64,000 nt of DNA. Source: Thermoplasmatota archaeon. GTDB lineage: Archaea > Thermoplasmatota > Penumbrarchaeia > Penumbrarchaeales > Penumbrarchaeaceae. Below are positions 23,306 to 33,790 of the stretch, piece by piece (the first letter of the stretch is position 1; every line of letters starts with the position of its first letter). The notes beneath the pieces are model-generated. The model ran no database searches, was not told the origin of the DNA, and was given only the letters and a program-made list of their open reading frames with translations. The stretch lies in assembly GCA_965234725.1 (NCBI GenBank), contig CBDDUX010000032.1:1-64000 (forward strand), read 5' to 3'. The translations under genes and the position numbers were made by a program.

Positions 23306-24745
23306 TCAAGTACACTCCCTGGGCCTTCCGATCATTCGGTTCCAGATGGCATCGGTCTCGCAGTCTATCTTCGGGATATTCTTCAATGATTCCTTCTTCG
23401 GGTGCCTGACCGCTCTTCTCAACCAGATATATGACATCGATCCTGCAATGATATTAGCAATCGACATGCCGAGATATACACCTTCAAGTCCCCAGAAATA
23501 GGACCCGATGAGAACCATCGGGACCATGAGTACAAGCAGTCTGATGAAATAGAGGACAGCAGATGGTAAAGGTCTGTTCAGACCGTTGAAGGCCGATGCT
23601 GTGAAGAGAGCGATCCCCAGCATGAAGAATCCGATGTCCCCGATCCTGATATAGGCCACAAAGGACGACACTACTGCGGGATCATTGTTGAATATTGGAG
23701 CGGTAAAACCGGCGGTTAAAGCCATAAGACCCCAAGCAATCAGACCGTATACCGTTATGGCCTTCAGAGAGAAATCAACCGCTTCTTTTACGCGGTCCAT
23801 CCTTTTTGCACCAAGGTTCTGTCCGATGAACGGGACCACCGCGATACCAAGGGCAATAACGGGCATGATCACCAATGCTTCCACTCTTGAAGCTGCTCCG
23901 AAACCGCCTACTGCCAGATCTCCCTCGGAGGCGATGATTGCAGTGATAATTCCTGTGTTGACCGGAGCCATCATGTTCACTAACGCGGCCGGGAATCCAA
24001 TCCTCATGATCTCCTTCCAGGACCTCAGAAGTCTGGATATCGTGATCTTTCCGAATATAAGCATCTTTTCACGATGTCTCAGGATATAAACGGAGGCAGG
24101 AAGTGTGAAGGCTCTGGCGATGGCTGTTGCCCATGCAGCTCCCTCAATTCCCATTGCAGGAATTGGACCCGGTCCGAAGATCAGTATTGGATCAAGGACC
24201 AGATTGATGGTTACGGCTATCAACATCACATACATAGGGGTCTTCATGTCCCCTGTGGACCTGATGATCGAATTACCAAGAATGGGCACCATCACGAAAG
24301 GGAGTCCGATGTACCAGATGATCATGTAGGACCTGACCAAAGGGATCAGACTTTCATCCGCTCCTAAGAGATCGAAAGTAGGACCAATTGTAAGTATACC
24401 GATGATAGAGGAAATTATTGAAACAATAACACCGAGTATTATCGTATCCGAGGTCAATCTTCTAACTATCTTGCCTCCGCCTTCCCCGATCGATCTGGAG
24501 ATCACCGAGGTGGCTCCTGTTCCGATCCCGATCGCGATCGAGGATAGGAAGAAGATCGGAGCGAAAGTGAAGCTTACAGCCGCAAGTTCCTTGGCACCCA
24601 GCCTCCCGATATAGATCGTATCCACCAGATTGAATGCTATCATGGAGACCAGAGCGAACATCATTGGTCCGGTCATTTTGAGCAATGTTGTTCTAACACT
24701 GCCCTCGGTCAATCTGGCCTTTCCTTCGCCTCCCATGGCTAACAT
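23306..24745 (-). CDS. MATE family efflux transporter
   Basis: About 12 TM helices; LTEGSV, NLVDT.YIGRLG, GDMKTPM, NLVLDPILIFG, GQNLGA motifs. Confidence 0.95.
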   Translation of the reverse strand: MLAMGGEGKARLTEGSVRTTLLKMTGPMMFALVSMIAFNLVDTIYIGRLGAKELAAVSFTFAPIFFLSSIAIGIGTGATSVISRSIGEGGGKIVRRLTSDTIILGVIVSIISSIIGILTIGPTFDLLGADESLIPLVRSYMIIWYIGLPFVMVPILGNSIIRSTGDMKTPMYVMLIAVTINLVLDPILIFGPGPIPAMGIEGAAWATAIARAFTLPASVYILRHREKMLIFGKITISRLLRSWKEIMRIGFPAALVNMMAPVNTGIITAIIASEGDLAVGGFGAASRVEALVIMPVIALGIAVVPFIGQNLGAKRMDRVKEAVDFSLKAITVYGLIAWGLMALTAGFTAPIFNNDPAVVSSFVAYIRIGDIGFFMLGIALFTASAFNGLNRPLPSAVLYFIRLLVLMVPMVLIGSYFWGLEGVYLGMSIANIIAGSMSYIWLRRAVRHPKKESLKNIPKIDCETDAIWNRMIGRPRECT

Positions 24746-24891
24746 ATCGAAAAAGATGATTTACACTTGCTCCCTAAATGGAGAGGTTGAGGCCAGATAG
24801 TATCTTCCACCGTTAGAAAACAATAAAGGGTAAGAATGAATCGGGAAAGATAGCTGAAGAACTCACCACTGGCGGATAGGGTGAGGTAAAC

Positions 24892-27800
24892 ATGAGATTG
24901 GGAATAGACCTGGGGTCCACCACCGCAAAGATGGTGGTTGTGGATGAAAGAGGCAAGATCGTCTTCAAAGATTACAGAAGACACAATGCACGGGTAGCGG
25001 ATACCCTGATAGAGATGATGAGGAAAGCTGAGTCAGACCTTGGCGATATCGATATCTCGGCAGCGGTTACCGGTTCCGCAGGCCTTGGTCTTTCCGAAAG
25101 GTATGATATTCCTTTCGTTCAGGAAGTAATAGCCGCAGCAGAGACGGTCAGGACCCTCCATCCCGATGTCAGGACCCTTATAGATGTCGGGGGAGAGGAT
25201 TCGAAGATGATATTCTTCGATGATCGTATGAGGGTTGACATCAGGATGAACGGCAATTGCGCCGGAGGTACCGGAGCCTTCATAGACCAGATGGCGACAC
25301 TTCTGGACCTTGAACTCTCCAGTCTTGAAGAATACTCAAAACGGTCCTCTCAGGTCCATACAATTGCCTCCAGATGCGGTGTCTTCGCCAAGACCGATGT
25401 ACAGAACCTGCTTGCCAGGAAGATATCCAAGGAGGATATCGTATCATCTATATTCCATGCAGTGGCCCTCCAGACAACTTCAACACTTTCCCGTGGATAT
25501 GATCCGAGACCCAAAGTATTGTTCTGCGGTGGCCCTTTCACGTTCATTCCATCCCTCAAGGACCATTTCATGGAGGTCCTGGAGATCGGACCTCATGATA
25601 TGGAGGTACCGGCTGAACCGGAGATGGTCCCGGCAATTGGAACAGCTCTTTACGATGATATGAACCGGCTTGAGACCACCATTTCCGGACTCCTCGTCAA
25701 ATTGGAAAAGGGCCCCCTGAACGATGAATTCATTGGTAATAGACTGGATCCGCTCTTCAGAGATGATGATGAGTACGAGGAATGGTCCTCAAGCAGGATG
25801 AGACCGATAGGCAGGGCATCTTCCCTCAAGGAATTGAAGGGGAAGAAATGCTTCCTTGGTGTTGATTCGGGTTCAACGACCACCAAGGTGGTCCTAACAG
25901 ATGACAAGGGGAACATAGCCTTCCATTATTACGCTGGTAACAAGGGAGATCCAATTACAGCAGTGGGTGAAGGATTGAAGGTCCTTAAAAAAGAAGCCAA
26001 GAGGTCCAAAATAAACCCTGACATCGCCTATACTGCTGTCACCGGATACGGAGAGGACCTGATAGGTGCCGCCTTCGGAATGGATGTTGGAATGGTCGAA
26101 ACACTTGCACATTTTAGGGCCGCAACCGAGTTCCTGGAAGATGTGAGCTTCATCCTGGACATTGGCGGACAGGATATGAAAGCGGTCTTCATCCACAAGG
26201 GGATCATCAACGACATAGAGATCAATGAGGCCTGCTCATCGGGATGCGGGTCCTTCCTGGAGACATTTGCAAGAACACTGGGATTGAAGGTCCAGGATTT
26301 CGCCGAAGAGGCCTGCCATTCCACGGCCCCTTACGATCTTGGGACCAGATGTACAGTTTTCATGAACTCCAAGGTGAAGCAGGCTCTTAGGGAAGGGGCC
26401 ACCGTGGGAGATATCTCGGCCGGTCTCGCCTTCTCAGTGGTGAAGAACTGTCTCTACAAGGTACTGAAGATCAAGGATACGGATATCCTTGGTGACAATA
26501 TCGTTATTCAAGGGGGGACCTTCAGGAATCCAGCAGTCCACAGGGCACTGGAACTGATCCTTGGAAAGAAGGTCGTATGTTCGGATATGCCAGAATTGAT
26601 GGGAGCATATGGGTCAGCGTTGACAGCGGCAGAGAGGTGGAACAACCGATCCAGCAGTTTTATAGGTCTAGATTCCCTTGAAAAGGCAGTCGATCTGAAG
26701 AATGAGTATATCAAATGCAAAGGATGCCACAACCATTGCACAGTCACAAAGATGACCTTCGGCAATGGGAAGGTGTTCTACACCGGGAACAAATGCGAAA
26801 GGATATTCACCAACATAGGTAGAGACACGAGAAAGGGAATAGACCTTACAGAAAGGAAGCTTCAATTGCTCTTTGAGGGGAGAACTCCTGTGAAGGGAGA
26901 ACTCAAAGGCAGGATAGGGATACCCCGGGTCCTGAACATCTACGATAACTTTCCCTTCTGGGATACACTTCTTAAGGAATGCGGTTTCGATGTTGTCCTT
27001 TCCCCACCTTCCACCAATCGGATAGCAGAGCTTGGTTCCAGGACGGTGATGTCCGAGAACATCTGCTTCCCGGCGAAGATAGTGAACGGGCATATCAAGG
27101 AACTCATCTCAATGGGAGTTGACAGGATATTCTACCCGATGGTGATATTCGAAGAAGCCGAGTTCGAGGGTTCCCTGAACACTTTCAACTGTCCGATCGT
27201 CTCGGGTTATCCAGACGTTGTCAGGTCCGCTGTTGCACCTGAAAGATCGGCAGGCATACCCTTTGATTCTCCTACTGTTTCCTTCAGGAACAAGAAGATC
27301 ATGAAGGCTGGTATCTGGAAATATCTCAAGGAACTGAAAGTTGAAAAACATTTATTTGAAAGAGCCCTGAACAGCGCAATTGACGCTCAGAAGAATTACA
27401 AGGAGACCGTCAGGAAAGAAGCATCCTTGATCCTTCAAAAAGCGCGATCGGAGAAAAGGGTCGTTGTACTGCTTGTGGGGAGACCATATCACATCGATCA
27501 GTTGATAAATCACAGGATAACAGAGATGATATCAGCACTGGGAGCTGATGTGATCACCGAGGATTCCGTTCCGGATGCCAGAGGAGGCATGGACGATGTC
27601 CAGGTATTGACACAGTGGGAATATCCCAACAGGGTCTATAATGCAGTGAAGTGGGCCAAGGACCAGGACAACGTGGAGGTCGTCCAGCTCAATTCGTTCG
27701 GATGCGGTCCTGATGCCATAGTGTGTGATGAATCCCGGGCCATCCTTGCATCGGCTGGCAAGAACCATACGTTGATCAGAATAGACGAGGTCTCCTCACC

Positions 27801-29157
27801 AGGATCCATACGGTTAAGGCTCAGGTCCATGATGGAATCCCTTGAGAGGAAAGGATTGGGATCGAGATATGAACCCATACCAAGGAAGAAAACCCCTCCA
27901 TATACTGTCTCGGACCGCGAAAGGACGATGATCGTCCCATTCTTTTCCAGGTTCTTCTCTCCATACATAGTGGCTGCCTTCAAATCGATGGGATACAAAA
28001 TAGAGACCCTTCCAGAACCGGATAGGGAGTCCGTTGAAGTGGGTCTGAAATACTGTAACAACGAGATATGCTATCCTGCAATCATCGTTATCGGGGACCT
28101 TATCAAAGCGTTGCAGTCAGGAAAGTATGATCTAAAAAAGGTAGCAGTGGGTATTACCCAGACGGGTGGTCAGTGCAGAGCATCAAGCTACCTGTCACTT
28201 CTGCAGAAAGCCCTCCAGACATCCGGATTCGAGGATATTCCGGTTGTAACTGTAACTCTTTCAAACCAGAAGCTGAATGATCAGCCAGGCCTGAAGTTGG
28301 ATAAAGGAAAGCTTTTAAGAAGAGGTGTTCAGGGGCTTCTCTTTTCAGACTCGATCATGGAACTCTATTATGCTACAGCTCCAAGAGAGAAGGTTAGGGG
28401 TACCTCCCGGGAGATATCTGATAGATATATAGCCCTTGGAGCCGAAGCTGTCAGGTACGGGAGGGAAATGGAGCTTGCGGATGCTCTCGAAAGGGCTGTT
28501 AAAGAGTTCAATTCGATCGATATCATTGAGGACGAGATCCCAACTGTTGGTTATGTGGGTGAGATATATGTCAAATACAATCCATTCGGTAATTTCCACG
28601 TTGTCGATTGGATGGTGGATAACAGGATAGAGGTGATAGTACCTCCTATCTTCGACTTCTTCGCACAGGAGTTCCTCAATCCCAGATTCCACGTTGATTG
28701 CACTACCAAAGGTATATCCTGGAAGTACATTAGCACATGGCCCGAGGAATGGTATGTCCGATATCATATGAGACGATACGAGAAAGTGTTGAGGAAGTTC
28801 AGGTTCCACAGGAAAACACATTATATCGGCAGTCTCTCAAAACACTCCTCGGATGTGGTCACACTTGTGGACCAGTTCGGTGAGGGTTGGCTCATACCAA
28901 CCGAGATCGGAGCCTTTGCAGCAAGTGGTGTACAGAACGTTGTTTGTGTCCAGCCCTTCGGGTGTATCTCCAATCACATAATCGGTAAAGGGGTGGAAAA
29001 AGCGTTGAAGGCAAAGTACCCTGACCTCAACGTTCTGTATCTCGATATGGATGCTGGTTCATCAGAGGTCAACCTCTTCAACAGATTGAACTTCATCGTC
29101 AGGTCCGCAAGGGAGGACCTGTACGAGAAACAGAAGAATGGAAGGGTCAGTACTTGA
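24892..29157 (+). CDS. Fused acyl-CoA dehydratase activase-related protein (2x BadF/BcrA ATPase + DUF2229 + 2-hydroxyacyl-CoA dehydratase-like domain)
   Basis: Two ASKHA ATPase modules (GIDLGSTTAK...CAGGTGAF; GVDSGSTTTK...ACSSGCGSF); CFPAK, GRPYH, SFGCGPD, CYPA, QPFGC motifs. Confidence 0.88.
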   Translation: MRLGIDLGSTTAKMVVVDERGKIVFKDYRRHNARVADTLIEMMRKAESDLGDIDISAAVTGSAGLGLSERYDIPFVQEVIAAAETVRTLHPDVRTLIDVGGEDSKMIFFDDRMRVDIRMNGNCAGGTGAFIDQMATLLDLELSSLEEYSKRSSQVHTIASRCGVFAKTDVQNLLARKISKEDIVSSIFHAVALQTTSTLSRGYDPRPKVLFCGGPFTFIPSLKDHFMEVLEIGPHDMEVPAEPEMVPAIGTALYDDMNRLETTISGLLVKLEKGPLNDEFIGNRLDPLFRDDDEYEEWSSSRMRPIGRASSLKELKGKKCFLGVDSGSTTTKVVLTDDKGNIAFHYYAGNKGDPITAVGEGLKVLKKEAKRSKINPDIAYTAVTGYGEDLIGAAFGMDVGMVETLAHFRAATEFLEDVSFILDIGGQDMKAVFIHKGIINDIEINEACSSGCGSFLETFARTLGLKVQDFAEEACHSTAPYDLGTRCTVFMNSKVKQALREGATVGDISAGLAFSVVKNCLYKVLKIKDTDILGDNIVIQGGTFRNPAVHRALELILGKKVVCSDMPELMGAYGSALTAAERWNNRSSSFIGLDSLEKAVDLKNEYIKCKGCHNHCTVTKMTFGNGKVFYTGNKCERIFTNIGRDTRKGIDLTERKLQLLFEGRTPVKGELKGRIGIPRVLNIYDNFPFWDTLLKECGFDVVLSPPSTNRIAELGSRTVMSENICFPAKIVNGHIKELISMGVDRIFYPMVIFEEAEFEGSLNTFNCPIVSGYPDVVRSAVAPERSAGIPFDSPTVSFRNKKIMKAGIWKYLKELKVEKHLFERALNSAIDAQKNYKETVRKEASLILQKARSEKRVVVLLVGRPYHIDQLINHRITEMISALGADVITEDSVPDARGGMDDVQVLTQWEYPNRVYNAVKWAKDQDNVEVVQLNSFGCGPDAIVCDESRAILASAGKNHTLIRIDEVSSPGSIRLRLRSMMESLERKGLGSRYEPIPRKKTPPYTVSDRERTMIVPFFSRFFSPYIVAAFKSMGYKIETLPEPDRESVEVGLKYCNNEICYPAIIVIGDLIKALQSGKYDLKKVAVGITQTGGQCRASSYLSLLQKALQTSGFEDIPVVTVTLSNQKLNDQPGLKLDKGKLLRRGVQGLLFSDSIMELYYATAPREKVRGTSREISDRYIALGAEAVRYGREMELADALERAVKEFNSIDIIEDEIPTVGYVGEIYVKYNPFGNFHVVDWMVDNRIEVIVPPIFDFFAQEFLNPRFHVDCTTKGISWKYISTWPEEWYVRYHMRRYEKVLRKFRFHRKTHYIGSLSKHSSDVVTLVDQFGEGWLIPTEIGAFAASGVQNVVCVQPFGCISNHIIGKGVEKALKAKYPDLNVLYLDMDAGSSEVNLFNRLNFIVRSAREDLYEKQKNGRVST

Positions 29158-29168
29158 ATGGTCCCATA

Positions 29169-29402
29169 TCAGTTCATGAACCTTCCTTCAATGATGGATA
29201 AGGAGCCGTCTGTATTCCTTCTGGAGAACCTCATCCTTTCCTTGCAGTATGTGCTCCTTGATCCACAATTCGGACAGTTCGAGGTGCATGTTTCCTTGGC
29301 AAGATCGAAGAAAGCCTCCGGATAACCGAACTGAAAGGGTGATCTGAACCAGTCCTTGCAGTGCTCACATTGGAGCTCGCAATGCAGCTCTCTCTCCATC
29401 AA
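29169..29402 (-). CDS. Small zinc-ribbon protein
   Basis: CEHC...FRSPFQF...CPNCG; fills an intergenic gap and has AT-rich upstream sequence. Confidence 0.65.
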   Translation of the reverse strand: MMERELHCELQCEHCKDWFRSPFQFGYPEAFFDLAKETCTSNCPNCGSRSTYCKERMRFSRRNTDGSLSIIEGRFMN

Positions 29403-29434
29403 TAAAAGATATATGGTGTAATATTAAACCCTTT

Positions 29435-29926
29435 TCAAGGTTTTGTTGATTTTTCAACAGCTCGGACCATCTCTGGTAGCTCAGCATCGATGAATCCCGC
29501 ATTCTTATAGATCCCCGAACCGTCGATCGAAGCGTGGAGATGTAAGAGACCTACTCCTAACCTGGAAGCTTCTTTCTGGAGAAGTCCTAGCAAATGTGAT
29601 GCGATCCCTCTTCCTCTCAGATCTGGGACAGTGTACATGTTCATGATATATCCCATTCTTCCATTTTGTAGAGGTCCGTACCTTGGAGCCACTTCTCTCA
29701 CTTCCATACCGCTTGAAGCAATTACCTCTCCATTGACCTCAGCAATGAAGGCCACGAACTCCTCCTGGGATATGGCCCTACGGAAGTAGTTACGAATATT
29801 CTTGCGGAGGATCTCTGTTTCCTCATCTTCAACATGGCCCTTATAATCGTTCAGGAATCTGATCCTGAAACCTGTAAGGACATCGATGTCATCAAGGGTG
29901 GCTTTCCTGTATAGGACATCAAGCAT
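29435..29926 (-). CDS. GNAT family N-acetyltransferase
   Basis: YRKATLDDI, GYIMNMYTVPDLRGRGIA, YKNAGF motifs. Confidence 0.92.
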   Translation of the reverse strand: MLDVLYRKATLDDIDVLTGFRIRFLNDYKGHVEDEETEILRKNIRNYFRRAISQEEFVAFIAEVNGEVIASSGMEVREVAPRYGPLQNGRMGYIMNMYTVPDLRGRGIASHLLGLLQKEASRLGVGLLHLHASIDGSGIYKNAGFIDAELPEMVRAVEKSTKP

Positions 29927-30548
29927 CTTTTCTTCCCACCTTGAAGGTAAGGGAGGTTGGTCCAATCAATCCGCTGGAACCTGCCCCGCATCCGATCACG
30001 GTTTTTATTCCCTGCTCCACTTTCTGGGGAAGCTCAATGATACTCCTCTGCGGGAGGTGATAGATATTACCTGATGTTGGATTGGGTCCGGTTGGGACGA
30101 ATACTGTGATCACCCCTTTATCCTTGGTTCTATCAGTAACGAACCCTGTCATCCACGTATCATTTCCGAAAGGGCTACACAGGACTGCGGATGAAAATGG
30201 TGCCTCCTGTTCACCGGAAAATGAGAGGACAACCTCTTTGGTGACGGTGTAACCTGGTATCTTTCGCAGGATCCTCCTTTCCACCTGATTGTGAAAGAAA
30301 CTGCCGACCCTTGTCCTTACGGTCAATCCCAGCAGGAAGCATAAGAGCAGTATCAGGACCACGCTGATCAAACTGGCTACGATGATATCGATATTCATAC
30401 CGAGAGTGATCAGCTCTGCAATTGGTTTCACATGGTCGATGATGAAATTATATAACCAGAAAAGCACCCATGCGATCAATATTAACGGCAGGATGGATGC
30501 AATCCCTAGGACCATCGTTGTCCTGGTCCAACTTATTATGTCCTTCAT
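29919..30548 (-). CDS. DUF502 membrane protein
   Basis: Two TM helices, RKIPGY, VFVPTGPNPTSG signature. Confidence 0.88.
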   Translation of the reverse strand: MKDIISWTRTTMVLGIASILPLILIAWVLFWLYNFIIDHVKPIAELITLGMNIDIIVASLISVVLILLLCFLLGLTVRTRVGSFFHNQVERRILRKIPGYTVTKEVVLSFSGEQEAPFSSAVLCSPFGNDTWMTGFVTDRTKDKGVITVFVPTGPNPTSGNIYHLPQRSIIELPQKVEQGIKTVIGCGAGSSGLIGPTSLTFKVGRKDA

Positions 30549-30620
30549 ATGATAAGACCTCCGTTCCGAATATCGGAAGGCCATTGTTCATATCCTCATA
30601 AATCCTTTTCCGGGAAACGC

Positions 30621-31865
30621 TTATAAAAGGACCTTGAGCACCTCATCCATCATTCTCAACTTGGAAATTAGTGAAATGCTTTCCTTGCTGGAGATCCTTC
30701 CTTTATCCAGATGTATCAACAATCTCTCCAGTCTTCTGTATATGGAATCAAATGCTCTCCTGAAGTTCAGATCATCATCCATGGAGCCTGTGAAATCCTT
30801 TTCCAATGCAGCAATATTCCTGGAAACGTACACATTTCCACCTTTACCGTCCGCATCCTTTAGCCTTTGAATAATCACCCGTGTCCTTCTTAACTTTCCA
30901 ACAGTAAGCTCAAGGTCCTCCATTGTTATGTTCCTCTTCTTTCTCCATGGGCCGTAAGCCAAATAGAATCGGATCTCCTGACCGGAATATCCTGATCCCT
31001 CAAGATCATCGAGGTATAGGACATTCCCTTTCGACTTTGACATCTTCTTCCCCCGAAGCAAAAGATGTCCCCCGTGATACCAGTAATTTGCCAGTTTTCC
31101 TCCATGCGCTCCTTCCATTACCGCAATATTGTAGTCGTGATGTCTCCAAAGATTGTCCCAACCCCCGCACCAGATATCGATCTCTGTACCGAGGCTTTCC
31201 CAGCACATGGCCGGGTCCTGGACGTTCCAGGAAGGTCTACCACTTCCAAGGACCTCATCCCAACAAACGTTCTCCTCGTCATCACACCCATGCCAGAGGA
31301 TGAAATCTCCGTAGTTCCACTGTATGCCTGGATATGTGTCTCTGGCGAACCTTCTCTTCTTATCAGGCCATCTGGACATGTCAAGTCCAAACAATCTGCC
31401 AAAGCCCTGGAACTTCAACGGATCGTAGAAGATGTCCTTTCCGTGTTTGTATGCAATACCTTTCTTCAAAAGAAGTTTGATGATCTCGATCGAGAGTTCG
31501 ATCGATCCCGAGGACCTCGGGACATGGTCTGGCCTGAGCAGCAGGAGACGGTCCCATTCGGACCAGAGCTTCTTTTCATTCCTTGATGTCAGCTCCTGGA
31601 TGGTCAGTCCTTCCTTCTGTGCCATCCGGATCGCATTGTCCTCCACGTCGGTAAGGTTCATCGCCCTCTCAACTTTGAATCCCTTGCTAACGAGATACCT
31701 GACCAGGAGGTCCTGGAACACAAATGTCCTGAAATTTCCTATGTGCGGCCTCGAATATATCGAAGGTCCGCAGGTAAATACCTTAAGGGTATCCGAGTGA
31801 ATTTCTCTGGGGATGATCTCCCTCTTCCTACCTTCCATGGTATCGAAAAGATGCGGTCCTTCCAT
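30621..31865 (-). CDS. Cysteinyl-tRNA synthetase-like protein (truncated paralog, MshC-like architecture)
   Basis: FTCGPSIY..PHIGNFR, KMSKSKGN, MDDDLN (DALR-like); ends without an anticodon-binding domain. Confidence 0.85.
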   Translation of the reverse strand: MEGPHLFDTMEGRKREIIPREIHSDTLKVFTCGPSIYSRPHIGNFRTFVFQDLLVRYLVSKGFKVERAMNLTDVEDNAIRMAQKEGLTIQELTSRNEKKLWSEWDRLLLLRPDHVPRSSGSIELSIEIIKLLLKKGIAYKHGKDIFYDPLKFQGFGRLFGLDMSRWPDKKRRFARDTYPGIQWNYGDFILWHGCDDEENVCWDEVLGSGRPSWNVQDPAMCWESLGTEIDIWCGGWDNLWRHHDYNIAVMEGAHGGKLANYWYHGGHLLLRGKKMSKSKGNVLYLDDLEGSGYSGQEIRFYLAYGPWRKKRNITMEDLELTVGKLRRTRVIIQRLKDADGKGGNVYVSRNIAALEKDFTGSMDDDLNFRRAFDSIYRRLERLLIHLDKGRISSKESISLISKLRMMDEVLKVLL

Positions 31866-31981
31866 CCATATTGCCTCTTTAAGGAGGTCAATTGATGATG
31901 GATATTTAATCTGGCCCCTTCCATGATAGATTCACCCGTGACAACAAGATAGAAATACGGTTCAATATATCGCAATGGCAT

Positions 31982-32935
31982 ATGAGTAAAAAAGGTGGTG
32001 TGGGTCCTGGCTTGGAGGTTAATATCTCCGGAATGGTACTTTCCAATCCTTTTCTCCTTGCATCGGGGATCTCTGATGAGACCGGATTGTCAATGGTGGA
32101 GGCGGTGAACAACGGTGCAGGGGGTGTTGTAACCAAATCTTTGAGCCTGGAGGCCAGAGAAGGCCATTCCAATCCATGCATATACGAGCTGCCCTATGGG
32201 ATGCTCAATGCCATGGGTCTCCCCAATCCCGGTATAGATGAATATACCCATGAGATCGAGATCTACCTTGAAAAAGCTGGAGAGAGGGCCCCGATAATCG
32301 CTTCTCTCTTTGGTTCGGATATCTCCGAATATGCAGAGGCTGCCAGAAAACTCCAGAAAACGGGAGTTAACGGTCTGGAGATCAATGCATCATGTCCCAA
32401 CGCAAAGGGTCTGGGTCTCCAGTTCGGCCAGGACCCCAAGGTCATAAAGGACCTTGTTTGGGAGGTGGTATGCTCCACTTCCATACCTGTATTCTTCAAG
32501 TTGACCCCCAATACTCAGAACATCAACGTTCTAGCGCTGGCCGCACAGGAGGCTGGTGCCCATGGTCTGGTTGCAGTGAACACACTTCAGGCCATGAAGA
32601 TCGATATACATTCAAGGATGCCTGTCCTGACCAATGTATATGGGGGGCTTTCAGGACCAGCCTTGAAACCGGTGGGTGTAAGATGTGTTCATTCCATTGC
32701 CTCTGATCCTGAGATCGAGATACCAATAATCGGTGTTGGAGGAATTACGAAATGGGAGGATGCTGTTGAATACCTGCTTGCGGGAGCTTCCGCTGTCCAG
32801 GTGGGGACAGCTGTCACCTGGGGCAATCTCGGGATATTCTCGGGCCTCTCAAAAGGCCTTTCCGGATACATGTCGGAAAAAGGGTTAGGATCGGTGAAGG
32901 AAATTACGGGAGCATCCCTGGAGGTGAGAAGGTGA
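31982..32935 (+). CDS. pyrD: Dihydroorotate dehydrogenase B, catalytic subunit
   Basis: NAMGLPNPG, EINASCPN, KLTPN, GGLSGPALKP, AGASAVQVGT. Confidence 0.96.
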   Translation: MSKKGGVGPGLEVNISGMVLSNPFLLASGISDETGLSMVEAVNNGAGGVVTKSLSLEAREGHSNPCIYELPYGMLNAMGLPNPGIDEYTHEIEIYLEKAGERAPIIASLFGSDISEYAEAARKLQKTGVNGLEINASCPNAKGLGLQFGQDPKVIKDLVWEVVCSTSIPVFFKLTPNTQNINVLALAAQEAGAHGLVAVNTLQAMKIDIHSRMPVLTNVYGGLSGPALKPVGVRCVHSIASDPEIEIPIIGVGGITKWEDAVEYLLAGASAVQVGTAVTWGNLGIFSGLSKGLSGYMSEKGLGSVKEITGASLEVRR

Positions 32936-33786
32936 GAGCCCCTTCCGAAATGGAGAGCGTAATCGTTAAGGATGTTGTGGAGGAGGCGGATGAGATCTTC
33001 ACCATAACATTCGAACCTGATAACAACCTGGGATGGAATGAGATGGTCCCTGGTAATTTCCTCATGGTGTGGGTCCCTGGTGTGGATGAGGTCCCGATGT
33101 CGATCTCCCTCAGGAAGGAGGAACCTTTGGTCCTTGGTTTCACAGTCCAGAACATAGGTGAAGCCACACAAGCCCTTTGCAGCCTCAAGAAAGGTGATAG
33201 GATCGCTATCAGAGGACCTTACGGTAACGGTTTTTCGCTTCCCTTGAAGAAGGAGGTCAAGACGATCATAGGTGTATCCGGAGGTGTTGGTGGAGCCTCC
33301 ACCATACTGCCAATGGAATGGGCCTTTGAAAATGGTTTCAGAACCGTGAACATTGTTGGTTCAAGGTCAAAGAAAAATTTCCTTTTCGAAGAAAGATGGA
33401 AAGGATGTTCCAAAGAATTGATCCTTACGACCGATGATGGAACATTGGGGAAAAAGGGTTTTGTTACAGAAAGATTGAGGGAACTGCTCGGGTCCATGAA
33501 GAAGACCGATATGAAGAAGTCCCTTATTTTCTCATGCGGTCCGGAGGTCATGCTGATAGCTGTGAAAGAGGTCCTGGATGAATTCGAAGTGAAGGGTCAG
33601 TTCTCATTGGAAAGGTTCATGAAATGCGGGATAGGGTTATGTGATTCCTGCTCCGTTTCAGGTAAAAGGGTCTGCATGGACGGTCCGATCTTCACCCTTG
33701 ACATGCTTGATAAGATGGATGAGTTCGGAAAGGTCCACAGGGACAGAGCAGGTCGCCCGGTCCCGTTGATGGAATGTGTGAGGTGA
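32932..33786 (+). CDS. pyrK: Dihydroorotate dehydrogenase electron transfer subunit
   Basis: RGPYGNGF, TDDGTLG, CGPEVM, MKCGIGLCDSC...C [2Fe-2S] motif; coupled to pyrD. Confidence 0.95.
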   Translation: MRAPSEMESVIVKDVVEEADEIFTITFEPDNNLGWNEMVPGNFLMVWVPGVDEVPMSISLRKEEPLVLGFTVQNIGEATQALCSLKKGDRIAIRGPYGNGFSLPLKKEVKTIIGVSGGVGGASTILPMEWAFENGFRTVNIVGSRSKKNFLFEERWKGCSKELILTTDDGTLGKKGFVTERLRELLGSMKKTDMKKSLIFSCGPEVMLIAVKEVLDEFEVKGQFSLERFMKCGIGLCDSCSVSGKRVCMDGPIFTLDMLDKMDEFGKVHRDRAGRPVPLMECVR

Positions 33787-33790
33787 GTGG

